64,000 nt of DNA from Clostridium sp. (lineage in GTDB: Bacteria > Bacillota > Clostridia > Lachnospirales > Lachnospiraceae), in contig JAGZZT010000001.1 of the NCBI GenBank assembly GCA_018377235.1, positions 192,474 to 256,473 on the forward strand, written 5' to 3'. This document shows, piece by piece, positions 28,566-37,539 of the stretch (its first letter is position 1; the number at the start of each line of letters is the position of its first letter). A model generated the notes under the pieces. That model did no database searches. It worked only from the letters and a program-made list of their open reading frames with translations, and was not told where the DNA came from. The translations under genes and the position numbers were made by a program.

Positions 28566-29858
28566 ATGTTTGCCGACAGCGCAAAAGTATTTATCAGATC
28601 CGGAAAAGGCGGAGACGGCCATGTCAGCTTCAGGCGGGAACTCTACGTAGCTGCCGGCGGTCCGGACGGCGGAGACGGCGGAAAAGGCGGAGATGTTATC
28701 TTTGAAGTGGAAGATGGACTGAACACTCTGACAGACTTTCGCCATGTCCGCAAATATGCGGCCCAGGACGGCGAATCCGGAGGAAAACGCCGCTGCCATG
28801 GAGCAGACGGAGACGACATTATCATTAAGGTTCCAGAGGGAACCGTTATTAAGGATTTTGAATCTGGAAAGGTCATTGCCGATATGTCTGGTTCTAATCG
28901 CCGTGAGGTGATTTTAAAAGGTGGAAAGGGCGGTCTGGGCAATATGCACTTTGCCACATCCACCATGCAGGTTCCTAAATATGCACAGCCAGGACAGCCG
29001 GCTCAGGAGCTCTGGGTACAGCTGGAATTAAAGGTAATCGCCGATGTCGGCCTGGTAGGTTTCCCAAATGTAGGCAAGTCTACTCTGCTTTCCCGCGTCT
29101 CAAACGCAAGGCCCAAGATCGCCAATTACCATTTCACAACTTTAAATCCTCATCTTGGAGTTGTGGATTTAAGTGAGGGACAGGGCTTTGTTATGGCCGA
29201 TATCCCAGGACTAATCGAGGGAGCTTCCCAGGGCGTAGGCCTTGGCTATGCTTTCTTAAAGCACATTGAGCGGACCAAAGTTCTGGTTCATGTAGTAGAC
29301 GCCGCATCCACAGAAGGACGGGATCCTGTAGCCGATATCAAGGCTATTAACGAGGAGCTGAAGGCTTACAACCCTGAACTGTTAAAACGTCCTCAGGTCA
29401 TCGCGGCCAATAAAACTGACGCGATTTACTTTGATCCGGAAAGCGGAGAGAAAAATCCTGTGGATCGCCTGAAGGCAGAATTTGAGCCGGAAGGAATTCA
29501 GGTATTCGCGATTTCCGCAGTCAGCGGACAGGGTGTAAAGGAGCTCCTTTACCATATCAATGAGCTTCTGAAAACCGTCGATCAGACTCCTGTCATTTTT
29601 GAGAAGGAATTTGAATACCAGTATCAGGGAGAGAATCTTCCGTATACGGTTGAGAAAAACGAAGAGGGAGTCTTTGTGGTTGAGGGACCGAAGATTGAAA
29701 AGATGCTGGGCTATACAAATCTGGATTCTGAGAAGGGCTTCCAGTTCTTCCAGAGATTTTTGAAAGATTCCGGAATTTTAGAGGAACTTGAAAAAGCTGG
29801 AATTGAAGAGGGCGATACGGTCCGTATGTATGGCCTGGAATTTGACTATTACAAATAA
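28566..29858 (+). CDS. obg: GTPase Obg/CgtA
   Basis: 430 aa. Glycine-rich Obg fold 'GGDGGKGG'. G1 motif 'GFPNVGKST'. C-terminal OCT domain. Confidence 0.95.
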   Translation: MFADSAKVFIRSGKGGDGHVSFRRELYVAAGGPDGGDGGKGGDVIFEVEDGLNTLTDFRHVRKYAAQDGESGGKRRCHGADGDDIIIKVPEGTVIKDFESGKVIADMSGSNRREVILKGGKGGLGNMHFATSTMQVPKYAQPGQPAQELWVQLELKVIADVGLVGFPNVGKSTLLSRVSNARPKIANYHFTTLNPHLGVVDLSEGQGFVMADIPGLIEGASQGVGLGYAFLKHIERTKVLVHVVDAASTEGRDPVADIKAINEELKAYNPELLKRPQVIAANKTDAIYFDPESGEKNPVDRLKAEFEPEGIQVFAISAVSGQGVKELLYHINELLKTVDQTPVIFEKEFEYQYQGENLPYTVEKNEEGVFVVEGPKIEKMLGYTNLDSEKGFQFFQRFLKDSGILEELEKAGIEEGDTVRMYGLEFDYYK

Positions 29859-29871
29859 CAGGGGATAAATT

Positions 29872-30165
29872 ATGACAAGTAAACAGAGAGCCTATTTAAA
29901 AGGGCTTGCTATGAAGATAGATCCGATTTTCCAGATTGGAAAATCAAGCGTAACTCCTGAGCTCACTGCAGCAGTAGCAGAGGCTCTGGAAGCGAGAGAG
30001 CTCATTAAGCTGAGCGTTCTGAAAAATTGTCTGGACGATGGAAATTCCATCGCAGCTGTATTAGCTGAGAGAACACATTCTCAGGTAGTTCAGGTAATTG
30101 GAAAGAAAATTGTTCTCTACAAGCCTGCAAAAGATGAAAAGAAAAGAAAGATTGTGCTGCCATAG
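29872..30165 (+). CDS. yhbY: YhbY/CRS1-family RNA-binding protein
   Basis: 97 aa. 'MTSKQRAYLKGLAMKIDPIFQIGKSSVTPEL'. Confidence 0.85.
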   Translation: MTSKQRAYLKGLAMKIDPIFQIGKSSVTPELTAAVAEALEARELIKLSVLKNCLDDGNSIAAVLAERTHSQVVQVIGKKIVLYKPAKDEKKRKIVLP

Positions 30166-30196
30166 GCATCAGAACACCTGAAAGGAGCTGGCAGAA

Positions 30197-30817
30197 GTGA
30201 AAAAAATCGGTATTATGGGAGGAACCTTCGACCCCATCCATTCCGGCCACCTGATGCTGGGCAGACAAGCCTATGAGGAGTATGAGCTGGACTGTGTCTG
30301 GTATATGCCTTCCAGGCAGCCGCCTCATAAAAAGGATCACCTGATTACGTCTCCTGATGAACGTCTAGAAATGGTACGTCTGGCTGTTGAAAGTACGCCT
30401 TTTTTTGCCTGCTCTGACTTCGAGCTTCGCAGAACAGAGGGAAATACCTATACTGCCGATACGCTGCTCTTGTTAAAACAGGCTTATCCTGATACAGAAT
30501 TTTATTTTATTGTGGGAGCCGACTCTATTTTTGATATAGAAAAGTGGTATCATCCTGAAATCGTGATGAAAAATGCTGTACTCCTGGCGGCTGACCGTTC
30601 CTGCGGTCATGATGATGTTCCTTTAAACCGTCAGATTGAGCATCTGACAAAAAAGTACGACGCCAGAATCTGCCGTCTTCACTCTAGGAGAATAGACGTA
30701 TCTTCTCAAATTTTAAGAGAGAAAATACAAAATGGGGAGGGCGTTTCCGACTATATTCCAGATCCTGTCGTGCAGTTTATCAGAGAGCATCAGCTTTACA
30801 GACCCATTACAGACTAA
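30197..30817 (+). CDS. nadD: Nicotinate-nucleotide adenylyltransferase
   Basis: GTG start. 'IGIMGGTFDPIHSGH' nucleotidyltransferase motif. Confidence 0.9.
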   Translation: MKKIGIMGGTFDPIHSGHLMLGRQAYEEYELDCVWYMPSRQPPHKKDHLITSPDERLEMVRLAVESTPFFACSDFELRRTEGNTYTADTLLLLKQAYPDTEFYFIVGADSIFDIEKWYHPEIVMKNAVLLAADRSCGHDDVPLNRQIEHLTKKYDARICRLHSRRIDVSSQILREKIQNGEGVSDYIPDPVVQFIREHQLYRPITD

Positions 30818-30850
30818 TCTATCAAGACAGCATGAATCGAGGCGTGGATT

Positions 30851-31456
30851 ATGAACAGTGAAATTTTTTTAATTCGTGAAAAATTAAAGGAAAGCCTGAA
30901 TCCAGGAAGATATGAACACTCTCTGAGCGTTTCTTTTACCTGTATGGCTTTAGCAATGAAATATGGATATGATTTGGACAAAGCAGAATTGGCCGGTCTC
31001 CTTCATGACTGCGCAAAATGTTATGATAATAAAACTATCATTGAGGTCTGCAGAAATAAAGGCCTGGAATTAACGGAAGGCGAACTTCAGGCTCCATCTA
31101 TTATCCATTCCCGTCTGGGAGCCCAGATGGCGAAAGAGAAATTCGGTATAACTGATCCTGAAATTCTCAGTGCTATTGCCTGCCATACCACTGGAAAGCC
31201 TGATATGAGCCTTCTGGACAAAATTCTCTATATTGCTGATTACATCGAGCCTCGCCGATATAAGGTAAAGGATCTTCCGTCTGTCCGCTGTCTGGCCTTT
31301 GAGGATCTGGATCAGGCTCTGTTTCAAATAATGGAGGGTACTCTCCGTTATCTGAATGAATCCGGAACGTATGCAGATATCATGACTCAGAATGCATATT
31401 ATTATTATAAGAAGCAAATGTGTACACAAAGTGAAGTGCAGAAAGAAGGAGAGTAG
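30851..31456 (+). CDS. yqeK: HD-domain bis(5'-nucleosyl)-tetraphosphatase YqeK
   Basis: 201 aa. 'RYEHSLSV...LLHDCAK' HD motif. Canonical position after nadD. Confidence 0.85.
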   Translation: MNSEIFLIREKLKESLNPGRYEHSLSVSFTCMALAMKYGYDLDKAELAGLLHDCAKCYDNKTIIEVCRNKGLELTEGELQAPSIIHSRLGAQMAKEKFGITDPEILSAIACHTTGKPDMSLLDKILYIADYIEPRRYKVKDLPSVRCLAFEDLDQALFQIMEGTLRYLNESGTYADIMTQNAYYYYKKQMCTQSEVQKEGE

Positions 31457-31464
31457 AAGACCTT

Positions 31465-31818
31465 ATGAACCCATCTAAGGAAATGGTAAAGCTGGCTGTT
31501 AAAGCCCTGGAAGATAAAAAAGGCGAGGATATTAAGATTATTGATATCCAGAATGTCTCTGTTTTAGCCGACTATTTTATTATTGCAGGCGGCGCAAACC
31601 CAAATCAGGTACAGGCCATGGCCGACAATGTGGAGGAAGAGCTTTTTAAGGCTGGCTTTGAAACGCGCCAGGTGGAAGGCTACAACACTGCAAACTGGAT
31701 TCTTATGGATTACAATGATATTATTGTCCATATTTTCTCAAGAGAAGACAGACTGTTCTATGATTTAGAGCGTATCTGGAGAGATGGAAAAGTCATTGAA
31801 AATGTAGAGGAGCTGTAA
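31465..31818 (+). CDS. rsfS: Ribosome silencing factor RsfS
   Basis: 117 aa. 'DYFIIAGGANPNQVQAMADNVEEEL...WILMDYNDIIVHIF'. Confidence 0.9.
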   Translation: MNPSKEMVKLAVKALEDKKGEDIKIIDIQNVSVLADYFIIAGGANPNQVQAMADNVEEELFKAGFETRQVEGYNTANWILMDYNDIIVHIFSREDRLFYDLERIWRDGKVIENVEEL

Positions 31819-31834
31819 CAGCAGCTCCTTTTTT
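31809..31834 (+). terminator. Intrinsic terminator of the obg-rsfS operon
   Basis: 'ggagctg-taaca-cagctcc' followed by 'tttttt'. Confidence 0.8.
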
Positions 31835-31956
31835 AGTTTACGCACCTATGAGCGCGCTCTGACAGACACATAGCTTAAGCTGCGCTGCGCCATTAAGTTT
31901 ACATAATTATTTTATGTTAACTTATCAAGAAACATTATTATCTTAACCTGGAAATA

Positions 31957-32017
31957 GGAGAGGAGCCCGTATCAGTTTACATAATTTTATTATGTAAACT
32001 GATACGGGCTCCTCTCC
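31957..32017. terminator. 61-nt perfect palindrome (about 28-bp stem) immediately downstream of lexA; likely the lexA terminator
   Basis: 'ggagaggagcccgtatcagtttacataa-ttttat-tatgtaaactgatacgggctcctctcc'. On the minus strand it is followed by a U-containing stretch. Confidence 0.55.
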
Positions 32018-32027
32018 AAAATCATGC

Positions 32028-32645
32028 TTACATCTTCATTCTGAACAGCCCAATTACTTTTCCGAGAATCTGAACCTCGTCTGCCAAAATCGGCTCCATA
32101 GAAGAATTCTCTGGCTGAAGACGATAATGCCCATTCTCCTTATAAAAGCGTTTAACAGTAGCTGAATCATCCAGAAGAGCTACTACAATTTCACCATTCT
32201 CAGCCGTCGCGGTTTTCTCCACAAAAATCAGATCTCCATTAAAAATACCGGCCTCTACCATGCTGTCTCCTTTTACCCGAAGCATAAATACTTCTTTATC
32301 CGGAAGCATCTCAGCAGGGATTGGAAAATAATTTTCTATATTTTCCTGGGCCAGAAGAGGCATGCCAGCGGCAACGGTTCCAAGAAGAGGAACATTTACC
32401 ACTTCACGGCGGGCCAAATTAAAGCAGTCATCAATAATCTCTATCGTTCTGGGCTTCGTAGGATCCCGACGGATATATCCGTTTTTCTCCAGCGTCTCCA
32501 AATGGGAGTGGACCGAAGAAGTAGACTTCAAATTTACCGCTTCGCAGATTTCTCTGACAGCCGGCGGATATCCCTTCTTTAATATAGTTTCCTTAATATA
32601 TTCTAATATTTCCTGCTGTTTCGGCGTAATTTTTTCCTGTGACAT
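32028..32645 (-). CDS. lexA: LexA repressor
   Basis: 'MSQEKITPKQQEILEYIKETILKKGYPPAVREICEAVNLKSTSSVHSHLETLEKNGYIRRD' followed by the S24 peptidase domain. Start set at MSQEK. Confidence 0.9.
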   Translation of the reverse strand: MSQEKITPKQQEILEYIKETILKKGYPPAVREICEAVNLKSTSSVHSHLETLEKNGYIRRDPTKPRTIEIIDDCFNLARREVVNVPLLGTVAAGMPLLAQENIENYFPIPAEMLPDKEVFMLRVKGDSMVEAGIFNGDLIFVEKTATAENGEIVVALLDDSATVKRFYKENGHYRLQPENSSMEPILADEVQILGKVIGLFRMKM

Positions 32646-32757
32646 AATCAAACCTCCCATCGGGTAATCTTAAAACAGTATACTGCCCCTGATAATACTA
32701 TATTAACATAGAATTAAAAAAAAGGCAAACTTTTGTTCGGATTTTTTCTAAAATCAA

Positions 32758-32825
32758 TTGACAAACACATGTTCTGGATGTATAATACAATCATTCAAAG
32801 AACATATGTTCCGGAACATAAGTTT
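32758..32825. promoter_or_regulatory. SOS operator/promoter region: three LexA (Cheo-type) boxes plus a consensus promoter for the divergent yneA-like gene
   Basis: Boxes 'AAACACATGTTC' (32763-32774), perfect 'GAACATATGTTC' (32800-32811) and 'GAACATAAGTTT' (32814-32825). Promoter 'ttgaca'(32758)-17-'tataat'(32781) overlaps box 1. Confidence 0.8.
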
Positions 32826-32867
32826 GCTTCGTTTTACTTCAGTTTACCATGCAGGGAGGGTTTTAAT

Positions 32868-33275
32868 ATGAAAGGAAAAAGCAGAAAAAAAGAAAGCCGC
32901 AGGGACAGAAGCATTTCTTTATCTGAAACATTTTGTTCACTCAGTGATTATTTCTTCCGTTCTGACTGCTCTACAGCCAGATTTCTGATCAGTGCTGCGG
33001 CAGCTCTTGCTCTTTGTACTATGTTTACCACAGTAAATCTTTTGAATTCTCAGGCAGAAGAGCAGAAGAGCAGTCCCTACCATAAATATTATACCAGTAT
33101 CCAGATTCAGGACGGTGACAGCCTGTGGAGTATTGCAGAACAATATCGGACTCATTCCGGCAAAAGTGCCGCCGAATATGTCTGCGACTTAAAAGAGATG
33201 AATTCTCTTTCCAGCGACACTATCCATGCCGGGCATTATCTTACTATTTATTATTACGATTCTTCTGTCAAATAA
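32868..33275 (+). CDS. yneA: YneA-like SOS-induced LysM/TM protein (putative cell-division inhibitor)
   Basis: 135 aa from ATG 32868 (RBS 'gcagggaggg'). Single TM 'FLISAAAALALCTMFTTVNLL'. C-terminal LysM 'YTSIQIQDGDSLWSIAEQY...HAGHYLTIYY'. Divergent from lexA with LexA boxes in between. Confidence 0.65.
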   Translation: MKGKSRKKESRRDRSISLSETFCSLSDYFFRSDCSTARFLISAAAALALCTMFTTVNLLNSQAEEQKSSPYHKYYTSIQIQDGDSLWSIAEQYRTHSGKSAAEYVCDLKEMNSLSSDTIHAGHYLTIYYYDSSVK

Positions 33276-33299
33276 TTTATATATGTAAAGATAAAAACT

Positions 33300-34352
33300 T
33301 TAGCTTTCTCGCAGCTTTACTTTATTTCTGGCGCTTCGGCGGCGTTCGTCCTCTAAAGCAGCATAGTGCCTTTTCGTAGTATTTACATCTGCATGGCCTA
33401 GAACATCCGCGACCAGATAAATATCTCCTGTTTCCCGGTAGAGATTCGTTCCATATGTGCTGCGCAGCTTATGAGGGGTGATTTTTTTCAGAGGAGCTAC
33501 TACCTGGGAATACTTTTTTACTAGGTTTTCTACACTCCTCACATTGAGACGTTTTTTCTGCATAGACAGAAACAGCGCATCCTCACTGCCTGAGGCAGGA
33601 GTGAGACGCCGTCGTTCTTCCAGATAGGCTTTCAGCGCTTTTTCCACTTCATCTCCAAAATAAATAATGACCTCTTTTCCTCCTTTTCGATGAATGCGGA
33701 TTCCGTCTACATTAAAATCAACATCGTTTAAATTCAGTCCAACACATTCAGACACACGGATACCAGTACCCAGCAGAAGAGTCATTAAAGCCAAATCCCT
33801 GACCTTTGTCTTTTCATGATAAGCTTTCTGCCTCTCTGTCAGCTGAGCTCCATCCTCCACCAGATCCAAAAGGCGCGCTACCTCATCAATTTCCAAACGG
33901 ATAATTTCTTTTTCATGCAGCTTAGGAAGTTTTACCAGAGCGGCTGGATTTGTCTGAATCCGTTCGTTTCTAAAAAAGTAATTATAAAAGCTTTTAAGTG
34001 AAGACATTTTTCTCGTAAGTCCCCGTTCCGTGTTAATTAAGTCTTCCTTATTTTCTGTAGAATGACATTTGAGAAATTCCAGATATTCCTCCAGATCCAT
34101 CACTCCAATCTGATCCAGGACATCCACCGTAAAATCACGCTTATCCTTATCCTTCCACATTGGATTTGTCTGGATTAAAAAATCAAAAAAAATACTCAGA
34201 TCGTATGCATAAGCGATTCTTGTCCGTGAAGATGTCCGTGGCTCGATCCCGCGAAAGAAATCCGCACAAAATGGAGGGAGTTCCCGAATCAGTTTTCTGA
34301 GTTTTTTCGTATTTTCTATCATTTCCTGTTCGTGGTAGGAGAGTACTGCCAT
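33300..34352 (-). CDS. Tyrosine site-specific recombinase, XerC/XerD family
   Basis: 350 aa. Catalytic region '...HKLRSTYGTNLYRETGDIYLVADVLGHADVNTTKRHY' (R..HxxR..Y). Confidence 0.75.
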   Translation of the reverse strand: MAVLSYHEQEMIENTKKLRKLIRELPPFCADFFRGIEPRTSSRTRIAYAYDLSIFFDFLIQTNPMWKDKDKRDFTVDVLDQIGVMDLEEYLEFLKCHSTENKEDLINTERGLTRKMSSLKSFYNYFFRNERIQTNPAALVKLPKLHEKEIIRLEIDEVARLLDLVEDGAQLTERQKAYHEKTKVRDLALMTLLLGTGIRVSECVGLNLNDVDFNVDGIRIHRKGGKEVIIYFGDEVEKALKAYLEERRRLTPASGSEDALFLSMQKKRLNVRSVENLVKKYSQVVAPLKKITPHKLRSTYGTNLYRETGDIYLVADVLGHADVNTTKRHYAALEDERRRSARNKVKLRES

Positions 34353-34392
34353 ATCAATTCCTCCTTATTTAATCATTTTGAATCAAATTTTT

Positions 34393-35157
34393 TTATCCTT
34401 CCTTTATAGGCCACCCAGGAATGTTTCCAGATGTCACTGCGTGGAAGAACCGTTCCTTTACGCCTGGAGCTTCTGCATTAACTGATTTAATTAAATTTTT
34501 AACAAACTCTCGTTTTGTTTTTCCATCAACCGGGCAGGGATTTTTGCATACTGGAAGCTGATAACGGTTTTTAAAGCCAATAATATCAGCCTCAGCCACG
34601 TATAAAAAAGGGCGTATCACAAATAAATCCATTCTGTCTAAATAAGTCTTTGGAGAAAAGGTATGAAAACGCCCTTCATAAATCAAAGACAGCATCATAG
34701 TATCGATAACATCATCTTTATGATGGGCGTAAGCAATCTTGTTGCAGCCCAAATCTTTTGCAGCCTGATTCAAAGCGCCTTTTCTCATTTTTGCACAGAG
34801 AGCACAGGGATTTGATTCCTGCCGTGATTTAAAAACAATCTGGCTGATTTCCGTAGGAACCACTGTATAAGGAACAGAAAGTTCCTGACAGAAATTTTGA
34901 GCTGCCTGCAGATCAAAATTTCCAAAGCCCAGGTCAACTGTAACAGCACATAAGTCAAAGGATTTGGGATAGAATTTTTGAAGATTTTTCATGGCACACA
35001 GCAATGCCAGACTGTCTTTGCCTCCAGAAAGTCCCACAGCGATTTTATCTCCGGAATCAATCATATCATATGTGTCAAGCGCCTGACGTGTCAGGCTGAG
35101 TAATCTTTGAAGCTTCATCTGTTTTGTGTCTCCTGTAATTTCAGTTATTATTTTCAA
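34393..35157 (-). CDS. PP-loop ATPase, TtcA/tRNA 2-thiocytidine synthase-like
   Basis: 254 aa. 'VGLSGGKDSLALL' PP-loop. CxxC pairs 'CALCAKMRKG' and 'CKNPCPVDG'. Confidence 0.55.
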   Translation of the reverse strand: MKIITEITGDTKQMKLQRLLSLTRQALDTYDMIDSGDKIAVGLSGGKDSLALLCAMKNLQKFYPKSFDLCAVTVDLGFGNFDLQAAQNFCQELSVPYTVVPTEISQIVFKSRQESNPCALCAKMRKGALNQAAKDLGCNKIAYAHHKDDVIDTMMLSLIYEGRFHTFSPKTYLDRMDLFVIRPFLYVAEADIIGFKNRYQLPVCKNPCPVDGKTKREFVKNLIKSVNAEAPGVKERFFHAVTSGNIPGWPIKEG

Positions 35158-35256
35158 TAAGTGATTTTTAGAATCCTGTACCGCCTAAAATTTTAATAGC
35201 TGCACGCAAAAGGGCAGAAGTGCAGGACCCTTGAAAGAGGTTCTATTTACTCATCT

Positions 35257-35294
35257 ATAACTATTCGTGAAAGAATAGTTTATCGAATAGTTAT
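35257..35294. promoter_or_regulatory. Candidate operator: inverted repeat ATAACTATTC-N6-GAATAGTT with an extra direct copy of the right arm
   Basis: 'ataactattc gtgaaa gaatagtt tatc gaatagttat', 60-100 nt upstream of the TtcA-like start. Confidence 0.35.
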
Positions 35295-35340
35295 GGGCGG
35301 ATTGTCCTCTATCCATATATAAAGCCTTCTTTATTATCAT

Positions 35341-37245
35341 TTACTCTAAAATTTTCCTGTAGTGAGTCCAACTTCTGTCAGACAGGCTTACTGTAACATT
35401 ATTTGTTTTTCCAGCGCTCTCATGAATGCAAATCATTTTTCCAGTAGCTGGATCCCAGCCTAAAAACATAACCACATGAGCCTCATCTCCAGGAACTACA
35501 GCAATATCCCCAGGCTTTAATTCCTCCCTGGGTATTTCCACTCCGCTGGCAGCTAAACTGCTGGTTCCTCCGCTGGTAACCGGTGTTCCCAGTGCTGACC
35601 AGTACACCCAGTTAATCCATCCAGAACAGTCCAGACCTTTCAGAGTTCTTCCCATCTGATCTGGTTCTGTAACGCTGAAAAACTGATTTCCTGTATAGCC
35701 CGGCCGTGAAGCCTTTCCTCCAAAATGATATGGAATTTTCCCAACCGAATCCAAGGCACAAGCAATTAATTCTCTTCTTTCCGGCGATATATCTTCTGGA
35801 AGCAGCGCCATATGAGCTTCTAACTCCTGTTTTGTCAGTGTTCTTCCAAAAGACATCTCTTCTGATTTTAAACCATATTTTGCTTCCCAATCCTGAGACG
35901 CAAGCTCCCGGGCAGCCGTCTGAGCCTCTTCTGTCCACCCGCTCCATCCATTATTCGCAGAGACAGCTTTTTCTTCTTCCGTTTCCTGTATCGATGCAGC
36001 TAAAGAAAACAGGTTTTTTTGTTCATTCAGCCCTGTTACAGTGATTGTAACCACCACATCCACATGGCCTGGACAGACAGAAAAATCTGAGGAGCCGCTA
36101 TCTGAACTATTTTCCGGCACTGTTTCTGTCTCTCCCACAGCCTCCGACTCTTCCTTGGAATCAGCTGGTACAGTTTCAGCAGTCTGCATCGTCTGATCCG
36201 AGACTTCTGAAGTTGATACTGATTCTGCGGCAGATGCCGTTTCTTCTTGGGACACAGGCTTAAGGCTTTCAGAAGGCTGTGAAGATGCATCAGGCAAATT
36301 AGAACTGGAACCTGGCCCTGAAGCTTCCAGGGCTGGACTGCTCTCAGCTGTTTGAGTCTGAGACACGTCGGCTGACTCTTCTGTCCGCCCTTGTACCTGT
36401 TTTTCTATGTCTTTTTGCTCCTCTTCAGGCTCTGCAGTTTTCACCTGAGAAGGCACAAATTCAGTCTCATCCTCTTCGTCAGTCTCTTCGCAGCCGTCAC
36501 AGTAATAAACCGATCCAATTGAAATATCATATCGATGGGATGCTTCCCACAGCTTTAACGCATAGGTTTCTGTTGACTGTACATGATCCCACTGGTGAAA
36601 ATAAGAATATACATTTGTAAGCGCCAGTATTTCCTTTGTGTTGCTGTATTCCGCACTTTCTTTCCCATCTCCATTAAGAAAACGAAAGCGGATTCCTGTT
36701 CTATAAGGAAGATGGTTCAATTCCTGATAAATACGATGCATCCAATTCTGTTCTTTTTCATTAAGCTCTTCAAACAGCTCTGCTCCGACCGACTTTTGGT
36801 GAAGCTCTGGCCCTAACCTGCTCAATTTCTGCAAAAATCCCTGAACCAGCAAATCTGCAGCCGAATTCTGGATGTCTCCTTCTATCTCCTTCTCAGCTCT
36901 GCTCATGATGGGAAACAGGTAAGCAAGATTATACTCTGTCAGTGATGGCACATATTCAAAGCTCTGCCAAAATCCATAAATATGACTTCCCACCCTTCTG
37001 ATATGATCCTTCCCTATGGAATATAGAGTTTTCTCTTTTTTTAGCTCTGTCTTAGACTTTTCTCCGGTTCCTGGATCTGCAATGCCTTCCTTCTCTATAT
37101 CCTGTTTAGAGCTTAAAACTGCTGAATATCCTTTTCCTGATGCTCCCATCCACTCTGACAATACTACCGGAGGAACTGACAGTGCCGCCATCGCCAAAGC
37201 TGTAACTATGTATGTTTTAATATCATTTTTCATATGTATCTTCAT
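35341..37245 (-). CDS. Secreted NlpC/P60 (C40) cell-wall hydrolase with acidic Ser/Thr/Glu-rich linker and N-terminal domain of unknown function
   Basis: Signal peptide 'MKNDIKTYIVTALAMAALSVPP'. C-terminal 'DCSGWINWVYW...GDIAVVPGDE..HVVMFLG' C40 Cys/His motifs. About 130-aa E/S/T/Q-rich low-complexity linker. Confidence 0.75.
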   Translation of the reverse strand: MKIHMKNDIKTYIVTALAMAALSVPPVVLSEWMGASGKGYSAVLSSKQDIEKEGIADPGTGEKSKTELKKEKTLYSIGKDHIRRVGSHIYGFWQSFEYVPSLTEYNLAYLFPIMSRAEKEIEGDIQNSAADLLVQGFLQKLSRLGPELHQKSVGAELFEELNEKEQNWMHRIYQELNHLPYRTGIRFRFLNGDGKESAEYSNTKEILALTNVYSYFHQWDHVQSTETYALKLWEASHRYDISIGSVYYCDGCEETDEEDETEFVPSQVKTAEPEEEQKDIEKQVQGRTEESADVSQTQTAESSPALEASGPGSSSNLPDASSQPSESLKPVSQEETASAAESVSTSEVSDQTMQTAETVPADSKEESEAVGETETVPENSSDSGSSDFSVCPGHVDVVVTITVTGLNEQKNLFSLAASIQETEEEKAVSANNGWSGWTEEAQTAARELASQDWEAKYGLKSEEMSFGRTLTKQELEAHMALLPEDISPERRELIACALDSVGKIPYHFGGKASRPGYTGNQFFSVTEPDQMGRTLKGLDCSGWINWVYWSALGTPVTSGGTSSLAASGVEIPREELKPGDIAVVPGDEAHVVMFLGWDPATGKMICIHESAGKTNNVTVSLSDRSWTHYRKILE

Positions 37246-37440
37246 ATCTGCCGCAACAAATCCCGTCTGACAAAAACTCAGCTGAAAACAGCCTGTTCTA
37301 TTACAATAACACTGATCAGCTTTGCATATCAATCAAAAAAGACGAAATTTTTTCTTAATCTTAAAATGAAGACAGCGTCTGCGTACAAAAATAATACGAT
37401 ATGTACGCGACGCTGAACTTTTCTACGATATAAATATAAG

Positions 37441-37470
37441 GCGGTTTCCCAAAAGAAACCGCCCGCCGCC
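37441..37470 (-). terminator. Intrinsic terminator downstream of the cytidylate-kinase-like gene
   Basis: 'ggcggtttc-ccaaaa-gaaaccgcc', followed by a T-rich run on the minus strand. Confidence 0.6.
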
Positions 37471-37539
37471 TGGCGCAGACCAATCCCGGATCCCCTGAAG
37501 CTTCACAAATTATATAATTTCACAAACTATGTAATGCTT

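Noticed and set aside
36050-36480. Repeat-like Glu/Ser/Thr-rich DNA that could be mistaken for a tandem-repeat or CRISPR-like array
   Set aside because: It is in-frame coding sequence of the NlpC/P60 linker. No spacer-repeat periodicity.
33300-37332. Possible integrated mobile element (recombinase + hydrolase)
   Set aside because: No phage structural, replication or transposase genes, no flanking direct repeats or tRNA, and no compositional shift. Treated as chromosomal.
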